From: Acetobacteraceae bacterium | Lineage (GTDB): Bacteria; Bacillota; Sulfobacillia; JAIMBG01 | NCBI GenBank assembly: GCA_023511555.1 | Contig: JAIMBG010000002.1 | Span: 1-51,893, forward strand | Direction of reading: 5' to 3' | DNA length: 51,893 nucleotides | In this document: one piece after another, positions 45,934-51,893 of the stretch | Numbering within the stretch: the stretch's first letter is position 1 | Layout of the letters: every line of letters begins with the position of its first letter | Notes under the pieces: model-generated | Told to the model about the DNA's origin: nothing | Databases searched by the model: none | The model's input: the letters and a program-made list of their open reading frames with translations, nothing else | Position numbers and translations under genes: made by a program

Positions 45934-46916
45934 GCGCATTGCGCCGGGTCATAGCCGTCGTCCTTGTGACCGGCGTCCTGGGGGCGGTGGTGGCGGCCCT
46001 GGCCTGGCCCCGCCGGGCGCCCCAGTGGCTGGAGGCCTCGGGCACCGTCGAGGCCACCGAGGTGGCGGTGGGCGTCCAGGTGGGAGGCCGGGTGGCGGAG
46101 GTGCTGGCGGAGGAGGGGGCCGAGGTGGGCGAGGGCCAGCCGCTGCTCAGGCTGGACAGCCGCGCGGCGGAGCTCCAGGTGCGCCAGGCCCGTGCCGCCC
46201 TGGACGCGGCGGAGGCCTCCCTGGCCAACCTGCGGGCCGGGACCCGCTCCGAGCAGCTCCGCCAGGCCGAGGAGGCGGTCTCCCAGGCGCAGGCGGTGCG
46301 GGACCAGGCGGCCGCCAACCTGGAAACCGTCCGGTCGCTGCTGGCCCAGGGAGCCGCCACCCAGTCGCAGCTCGACGCCGCAGCCACCCAGGCCCGCACC
46401 TCTGAGGCGGCTTACGCCCAGGCCTTGGCACAGCTCGATCTGCTGCGGGCGGGGGCCACCAGCCACGCCTTGCGCATGCAGTCGGCCCAGGTGGAGCAGG
46501 CCAGGGCCGCCCTGGAGCTGGCGGAGCTGCATCTCGAGCAGACGACGGTGGCCTCACCGTCGAACGGAGTGCTGGTCTCGGTCGGCGTGGAGCCGGGGGA
46601 GGTGGTCCCGGTCGGTGCCGCCGTGGCCGTGGTGGCCGACCTTTCCCGGCTGTGGATACGGGTCTATGTGCCTGAGGCCGACCTGGGAAAGGTCTCGGTG
46701 GGCCAAAGGGTGAAGGTCAGGGTGGACGCCTTCCCCGGCCAGGAGTTCTCCGGCCGGGTGGCGTGGATTTCCAGCCGGGCGGAGTTTACCCCCAAGAACG
46801 TCCAGACCCGCGAGGAAAGGGTGAACATGGTGTTTGCCGTCAAGGTGGCGCTGGACGACTCGGGTGGCCGGCTGAAGCCGGGCATGCCCGCCGACGTGAC
46901 CTTCCCCGGCCAGTGA
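45930..46916 (+). CDS. HlyD-family periplasmic adaptor (YbhG-like)
   Basis: TM anchor, lipoyl-like GTVEATEVAVGVQVGGRVAEV...GQPLLRLD, a coiled coil, and a beta-barrel with SPSNGVLVSV and LKPGMPADVTF. The GTGA start/stop overlaps the TolC gene. Confidence 0.85.
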   Translation: MSALRRVIAVVLVTGVLGAVVAALAWPRRAPQWLEASGTVEATEVAVGVQVGGRVAEVLAEEGAEVGEGQPLLRLDSRAAELQVRQARAALDAAEASLANLRAGTRSEQLRQAEEAVSQAQAVRDQAAANLETVRSLLAQGAATQSQLDAAATQARTSEAAYAQALAQLDLLRAGATSHALRMQSAQVEQARAALELAELHLEQTTVASPSNGVLVSVGVEPGEVVPVGAAVAVVADLSRLWIRVYVPEADLGKVSVGQRVKVRVDAFPGQEFSGRVAWISSRAEFTPKNVQTREERVNMVFAVKVALDDSGGRLKPGMPADVTFPGQ

Positions 46917-46961
46917 GGGTTGGGCCCGGGCGGGTCGGCGGGCCAGGGGAGGTAGGGGAGG

Positions 46962-48377
46962 GTGGACAGAGGCCCCGCGGAAGGCAGTGCCCCGGCCGCA
47001 GGGGCGGCGGGCGCGCGGGCGGCCGGTGAGCCCAGGCTGTGGTCGCAGTACCTTCACCTGGGCAAGTACATATACTGGCTGGTTCTGGCTTCGGTGCTTA
47101 TCAGCGTCGGCGGCCAGCTCGAGGCGGCGTTGTTCCCGGTCTACTTTCAGGAACTGGGCGGCTCCCCTCGCGCGCTCGGCTGGTACATGTCCCTTACGCA
47201 CCTGCTCATCGGCGGGTTCATGATCCTGGGCGGGTGGGCGGCCGACCGCTACGACCGCCGCTGGCTGTTCGTGCTGGCCTCCGGCCTGGCCCTGGGGCGG
47301 TACGTAATGCTGGCCGCGTCGCCCAACTGGATATGGCTCTATCCGGCACTCCTGCTGCTGGTGGGGGCCTCGGTCCTCTCCAATCCGCTGTTCTTCAGCC
47401 TGACAGCGGACCTTTCGCCCCCGGGCCGGCGCGGGGCGGCGTTCGCCTTCGCCAACGGCGCGCTGTCGCTGGTGGGGGCGCTCACGCCGCTGGCGGGAGG
47501 GATCGTCTACCAGTTCAAGGGATTCAGGCTGCTGCTGTGGGCGTGCGCCGGCCTGGCGGCCGTGGCGGCCTACCTCCGCAGCCTGCTGATAGAGCCGCGC
47601 AAGCTGCAGGCCGGCGCCGTTCCAGCCAGCGGCGGGGCGGCTTCCGCCGCAGTCCCGAAGGGAGCGGGCGCGCCCATGGGAGCCGCGCCGGAGGGCCCCG
47701 GCGGGGCCCCTGCACGGTCGCCTGCCGGGCCATCCCGGCCGGGGCTGAAGGACCCCTTCCGGGAGGTGGGCCTGGCCATATGGCAGGCGGTCCACACTCC
47801 GGAGCTGGTGCTGGCCCTGGTGGCCCTGGGGGTGCTGTCGTTCGTCATCACCCTGGCCCAGGTCTACTACCCCCTCTATGCCCTAAACGAGCTCAGGCTT
47901 CCCGTGGGGTGGGTGGGGGGGCTTTACTCGTGGCAGTGCGTGGCGGGGACCCTGGCGGGGATGGCGGTGGGAGGGCTGCTGGTGCGCCGCCTCCACCTCT
48001 GCGTGGCCGGGTCGGCCGCGGCGGCGGCCCTGGCGGCCCTGGGCCTGGGTCTGGGAAGATCGCTGCCCTGGGCGTTCGTGGCGTTCGGGCTGGCGGGGGT
48101 GTGCAGCGGGGTGGCCATGCCCGCCTCGATGGTGTGGATCTCCGCCAACAGCCCGCCGGGCAAGATGAACACGGTGTACGCCGCCTTCCGCTGCGTGCTC
48201 ATCTTCGCCAACATGCCCGCACCCGCCTGCGGCGGGCTGCTCTGGTCGCGGTTCGGGCCCCAGGCGATGCTGCACGCCCAGTTTTGGCCCGCTGCGGTGT
48301 TTTTCGTAGGGTTCGCGGCGTTCCTGGGCCTAAAGCGTGGGCTTACTCCGAGCCGGGCACGGACTGGGGCGGCCTGA
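46962..48377 (+). CDS. MFS transporter
   Basis: About 12 predicted hydrophobic helices, an MFS loop motif GGWAADRYDRRW, and a long central loop. The start is uncertain. Confidence 0.75.
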   Translation: MDRGPAEGSAPAAGAAGARAAGEPRLWSQYLHLGKYIYWLVLASVLISVGGQLEAALFPVYFQELGGSPRALGWYMSLTHLLIGGFMILGGWAADRYDRRWLFVLASGLALGRYVMLAASPNWIWLYPALLLLVGASVLSNPLFFSLTADLSPPGRRGAAFAFANGALSLVGALTPLAGGIVYQFKGFRLLLWACAGLAAVAAYLRSLLIEPRKLQAGAVPASGGAASAAVPKGAGAPMGAAPEGPGGAPARSPAGPSRPGLKDPFREVGLAIWQAVHTPELVLALVALGVLSFVITLAQVYYPLYALNELRLPVGWVGGLYSWQCVAGTLAGMAVGGLLVRRLHLCVAGSAAAAALAALGLGLGRSLPWAFVAFGLAGVCSGVAMPASMVWISANSPPGKMNTVYAAFRCVLIFANMPAPACGGLLWSRFGPQAMLHAQFWPAAVFFVGFAAFLGLKRGLTPSRARTGAA

Positions 48378-48402
48378 GGGCGGCGGGGAGGGAGGTGAGG
48401 CG

Positions 48403-49359
48403 GTGGGGTTCGCCGGGCTCGAGGTGGAGGGGCTGGTGAAGAGGTTCGGGGGCGTCCCCGCCGTGTCAGGCCTTTACTTCTCTGTCGCCCCGGGGGAGGT
48501 TTACGGGCTTCTGGGGCCGGACGGGGCGGGCAAGACCACGGCCCTCCGCTGCCTGGCAGGGGTGCTGAGGGCGGATGCCGGGACGGTGAGGGTGGCCGGC
48601 TTTGACCTTCGCCGCAGTCTGGAGCGTGCCCGGGCAAACCTGGGGTACATGCCCCAGGGACAGGCGATCTACGGTGACCTCACGGTGGAGGAGAACCTCT
48701 CCTTCTTCGCCGCTCTCTACGGGGTGGGGCCGGAGTGGGCCGAGAGACGCCGGAGCCTGCTTGAATTCAGCCGGCTGGAGGAGTTCCGGCACCGGCTGGC
48801 GGCGCACCTCAGCGGTGGGATGAGGCAGAAGCTGGCCCTGTGCTGCGCGTTGGTGCACTCACCCCCCGTCCTGCTCCTCGACGAGCCCACCACGGGGGTT
48901 GACGCCGTGTCCCGACGGGAGTTCTGGCAGCTGATAGGGCGGCTCCGGGAGGCGGGGTCGGCCGTGCTCGCCACCACTGCCTACCTGGAGGAGGCGGAGC
49001 GCTGCAGCCGGGTGGGCTTCCTGCTGGGCGGCCGACTGGTGGAGGAGGGGGAGCCGTCCCGCCTCCAGGGGTCGCTCTGGGGCCGGCTGGTCAGGGTAAG
49101 AACCGGCCCCGGCCAGCTTCTCAGCGCCGCGGACCACCTGAGGAGGCAGCGCCCGGACTGGACGGTAAGGCTCGGGGCCGACGCACTGGTGGTCTTGCTC
49201 CCGGCGGGGGCCGGGGGTGCGGCCGCCGTGGAGGCGGTGGCGGCGGAGCTCAGGCGTGCAGGCTTGTCTGTAGCCGACGCGGGTCTTTCCGCGCCCCGCC
49301 TGGAGGACGCTCTCGCCGCAAGGCTCAGGACGGGGGGTGGGGGCGATGGCGGCCGTTGA
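48403..49359 (+). CDS. ABC transporter ATP-binding protein (first of two)
   Basis: Walker A GPDGAGKTT, signature LSGGMRQKL, Walker B LLLDEPTTGVD. GTG 48403 follows GGAGGTGA. Confidence 0.9.
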   Translation: MGFAGLEVEGLVKRFGGVPAVSGLYFSVAPGEVYGLLGPDGAGKTTALRCLAGVLRADAGTVRVAGFDLRRSLERARANLGYMPQGQAIYGDLTVEENLSFFAALYGVGPEWAERRRSLLEFSRLEEFRHRLAAHLSGGMRQKLALCCALVHSPPVLLLDEPTTGVDAVSRREFWQLIGRLREAGSAVLATTAYLEEAERCSRVGFLLGGRLVEEGEPSRLQGSLWGRLVRVRTGPGQLLSAADHLRRQRPDWTVRLGADALVVLLPAGAGGAAAVEAVAAELRRAGLSVADAGLSAPRLEDALAARLRTGGGGDGGR

Positions 49360-50191
49360 GGTCGAGGCGCTTAGCAAGCGGTTTGGGCGGTTCTTGGCCG
49401 TGGACGCGGTGAGCTTTCGTGTGGAGGAGGGCGAGATCTTCGGGTTCATCGGGCCCAACGGCTCCGGCAAGTCCACCACCATCCGCATGCTCTGCGGGAT
49501 TCTCACCCCCACCTCCGGCCGGGCAGCGGTGCTGGGCCTCGACGTCCAGCGCGAGCCGGAGGCCGTGAAGCGGCGGATAGGCTACATGTCGCAGAGGTTC
49601 GGGCTGTACACCGACCTCACCGTCCGGGAGAACCTGGAGTTCTACGCTGGGGTCTACGGGCTGGGCGCAGGTGAGCGGCGCCGCCGGGTGGAGGAGGTGA
49701 TGGCCGCCGTGGGACTGGGGCCCAGGGGGGGCCAGGTGGCCAGGGGACTGGCCACGGGATTCAGGCAGAGGCTGGCCCTGGGCTGCGCTCTGCTCCACCG
49801 CCCCCGCCTGCTCTTCCTGGACGAGCCCACCGCGGGCGTCGACCCCCTGTCCCGCCTGGAGATGTGGGAGCTCATCTACCGCCTGGCCGCGGACGGCGTG
49901 ACCGTGTTCCTTACCACCCACTACCTGGACGAGGCCGACCGCTGCCACCACCTGTGCTTCATAGAGCGGGGCCGCATCGTCGCCGACGGCACGCCTCACT
50001 CCCTCCGCCGCGCCCGCCTGGGGCGCGCCAGGGCGGGGGCCGGAGCGTCGGAGGGACGGGACGTCGCGCAGCCTGCCCCTGCGGCCGGCCCGCCCGGGTC
50101 CGAAGACGAGGTCTCCCTCGAGGAGGTCTTCCTGGGCTTCGTGACGCCGGGCGGCGGCGCCGGGGGCGAAGAGGGGGGCGGACCGCGGTGA
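49346..50191 (+). CDS. ABC transporter ATP-binding protein (second of two)
   Basis: Walker A GPNGSGKST, Q-loop, signature-like ATGFRQRLAL, Walker B LFLDEPTAGVD, H-loop TTHY. Overlaps the preceding gene by 14 nt. Confidence 0.9.
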   Translation: MAAVEVEALSKRFGRFLAVDAVSFRVEEGEIFGFIGPNGSGKSTTIRMLCGILTPTSGRAAVLGLDVQREPEAVKRRIGYMSQRFGLYTDLTVRENLEFYAGVYGLGAGERRRRVEEVMAAVGLGPRGGQVARGLATGFRQRLALGCALLHRPRLLFLDEPTAGVDPLSRLEMWELIYRLAADGVTVFLTTHYLDEADRCHHLCFIERGRIVADGTPHSLRRARLGRARAGAGASEGRDVAQPAPAAGPPGSEDEVSLEEVFLGFVTPGGGAGGEEGGGPR

Positions 50192-51321
50192 GCGGCAGAA
50201 GGCTATGGGCCATAGTGCGCAAGGAGTTCATCCAGGTGCTGCGCGACCGCGCCACCCTGATCATCATGCTGGCAATGCCCGTGGCGATGATGTTCATCTT
50301 CGGCTACGCCGTGTCCACCGACGTAGATCACATCGCCACCGCCCTCTGGGACCAGGACCTCACCCCCGCCAGCCGGCTCCTGGTAGAGAAGCTCCAGCAG
50401 TCCAAGTACTTCGAGTTCACCCACCGGGTGCGGTCGACGGAGGAGATGCGCCGGCTCATAGACGGGGGCCTGGTCAAGGCCGGCCTTATCATCCCCCCGG
50501 GGTTCTCCCGCCAGCTCCTGCAGGGCGAGACCGCCCAGGCCCAGGTGGTCATCGACGGCTCCGACCCCCTCGTGGCCGGCACGGCGCTCTCCACCGCGCT
50601 GTCGGTCGCCCAGGCCCACGGGGCGGAGCTTCTCGCCCAAAGGCTCGCCGCTGCCGGGCTGGGGAGCCGGGCCCAGCCGCCCATAGACCTGAGACCCCGC
50701 GTCTGGTACAACCCCGACCTGGTCAGTCTCCGCTTCAACCTGCCCGGCCTGGTGGGCGCCATCCTCCAGAACCTCACCATACTGCTCACCGCGTTCGCCC
50801 TGGTCCGGGAGAAGGAGCGGGGCACGGTGGAGCAGCTCATCGTGACGCCCGTCCGGCCCGCCGAGCTGGTGCTGGGCAAGCTCCTGCCCTATGTGCTCAT
50901 CGGGATGACGGAGGTGGCGTTCACGCTGGCGGTGGGGGTGCTGTGGTTCAGGATTCCGGTGACGGGCAGCGTGTGGCTGCTGTTTGCGCTTTCGCTGGTA
51001 TTCGTGCTGAGCGCCCTGGGCGTGGGCCTGTTCGTCTCCACTCAGGCCCAGAACCAGTTGCAGGCCATGCAGATGGCGTTTGCCTTCCTCCTTCCCAGCA
51101 TCCTGCTCTCGGGCTTCATCTTCCCTCGCGAGGCCATGCCCGCCGTGGTCCGGGGCCTGGGGTACGTCATCCCCCTCACCTACTTCCTCAAGGTGCTCCG
51201 CGGCATCATCCTGAAGGGGGTGGGGCTGGACCTCCTCTGGAGGGAGGTGGTGTTCCTGGGGGTGTATGGCGTGCTCATCCTGGCGCTGGCGTCGTGGAGG
51301 TTCAGGAAGAAGCTGGACTAG
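50188..51321 (+). CDS. ABC-2 type transporter permease (YbhS/YbhR-like)
   Basis: RLWAIVRKEFIQVLRDRATL at the N-terminus, a large periplasmic loop, then five C-terminal TM helices. The GTGA start/stop overlaps the ATPase gene. The ORF-track start at 49864 is an over-extension. Confidence 0.88.
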   Translation: MSGRRLWAIVRKEFIQVLRDRATLIIMLAMPVAMMFIFGYAVSTDVDHIATALWDQDLTPASRLLVEKLQQSKYFEFTHRVRSTEEMRRLIDGGLVKAGLIIPPGFSRQLLQGETAQAQVVIDGSDPLVAGTALSTALSVAQAHGAELLAQRLAAAGLGSRAQPPIDLRPRVWYNPDLVSLRFNLPGLVGAILQNLTILLTAFALVREKERGTVEQLIVTPVRPAELVLGKLLPYVLIGMTEVAFTLAVGVLWFRIPVTGSVWLLFALSLVFVLSALGVGLFVSTQAQNQLQAMQMAFAFLLPSILLSGFIFPREAMPAVVRGLGYVIPLTYFLKVLRGIILKGVGLDLLWREVVFLGVYGVLILALASWRFRKKLD

Positions 51322-51493
51322 GCGCCGGACGGGTCCTCAGCCGGGGAGGGCGACAGGGTATAGGCGATGGCCGCCCCCAGTCCCTGCAAGGCGGGCGCCC
51401 CGCGGACCCGAGGGTCCCCGGGGCGGCCCAGCGATTCAGCAACCCGCACCGCCCACGACGGCGCAGAGGGGCGGTGCCGCTCGGCCGGGACGG

Positions 51494-51583
51494 TTAGATT
51501 CCGCCGCCACCGCCGTCGCCCAGGACGAAGCCGACCAGGCTTACGATGGGAAGCAGCTGCTTCACCATGACGCGGAGCGTCAC
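51494..51583 (-). CDS. possible 29-aa hydrophobic sORF (MTLRVMVKQLLPIVSLVGFVLGDGGGGGI)
   Basis: GTG 51583 lies 6 nt after GGAAGGAGGTG, a very strong Shine-Dalgarno sequence. There is one predicted TM-like segment and a TAA stop. No homology evidence is available to me. Confidence 0.3.
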   Translation of the reverse strand: MTLRVMVKQLLPIVSLVGFVLGDGGGGGI

Positions 51584-51769
51584 CTGCGGCACCTCCTTCC
51601 CTGTAGTCTCAGGCCGCAGCCCCGCAGGTGGCACAGCCGGCATCCCGCCCCGGCGTGCGCCTGCGGCGGGGCCTAATCAACCCCTCCGCGCGATCCTGCC
51701 CGTTAGGAGTCAAGCTGGGGGCCGGCTCCTCAGCCCTGGCCGGATCCGGCCCCCGCCCGCCCAAACCCC

Positions 51770-51850
51770 GCGGGGCCCCCCCCCCCCGCCCGCCCCCCCC
51801 CCGCCCCCCCCCCGCCGCCCCCGCCCCCCGCGGGGGGCCCGCCTCGGCCT
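51770..51850. repeat. C-rich low-complexity tract (runs of C interrupted by G)
   Basis: CCCCCCCCCGCCCGCCCCCCCCCGCCCCCCCCCGCCGCCCCCGCCCCCCGCGGGGGG. The homopolymer runs are prone to slippage or assembly error. Confidence 0.6.
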
Positions 51851-51893
51851 CCCCCGCGGCCGCGCGCAACAGAGCCTCCACGGCCCCGCGCGG

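Noticed and set aside
49864-50187. Long N-terminal extension of the ABC-2 permease ORF (485 aa).
   Set aside because: The extension overlaps the 3' half of the second ATPase gene in another frame and is R/G/P-rich. GTG 50188, forming a GTGA overlap with the ATPase stop, gives the canonical RLWAIVRKEF N-terminus.

Overview
High-GC, Bacillota-like chromosomal segment. Long antisense ORFs in the six-frame track are mostly compositional artefacts. The backbone is housekeeping and syntenic with the Bacillus macromolecular-synthesis neighbourhood. It runs phoH(3' end)-7TMR-HD-ybeY-dgkA-DUF502-DUF3048-cdd-era-deoC-recO-glyQS-ppdK, then dgt-dnaG-sigA, an MBL hydrolase, a macro-domain protein and a threonine dehydratase. 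A three-tRNA cluster (Met/Ile2-CAT, Glu-UUC, Val-CAC) follows, then a Nif3/zinc-ribbon/RNase HI/rnpB block and a TolC-HlyD-MFS-ABC efflux locus. Four accessory regions stand out. (1) 41.47-44.37 kb, minus strand: a RiPP-like operon. It has a discrete PqqD-like protein, a B12-binding radical SAM enzyme and two unannotated paralogous 25/26-codon sORFs with a YxxPxL leader-like motif. Each sORF sits inside a roughly 200-nt duplicated cassette bracketed by long inverted repeats. An ECF-S-like membrane gene lies between the two copies. (2) 15.59-18.55 kb, minus strand: a visibly lower-GC two-gene island between ppdK and the dnaG block. It encodes a small HEPN protein translationally coupled to an 856-aa protein. 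That protein fuses a ParA/MinD-like module, whose Walker A lysines are both arginine (RGGVGRT), to a second canonical P-loop NTPase. This looks like an uncharacterised conflict or defence-type system. (3) 35.76-36.74 kb: a small protein whose C-terminus resembles, from memory, the trypsin-co-occurring-domain-2 type, paired with an unknown membrane-anchored protein. (4) 27.86-29.1 kb: a lower-GC islet next to tRNA-Val with an ORF whose coding frame appears to switch twice. In addition, a single uninterrupted 1316-codon ORF joins a DUF4342-like module to fused GlyQ and GlyS. No CRISPR array, transposase or integrase was recognised. All family assignments come from motif reading by eye and need HMM or BLAST confirmation.
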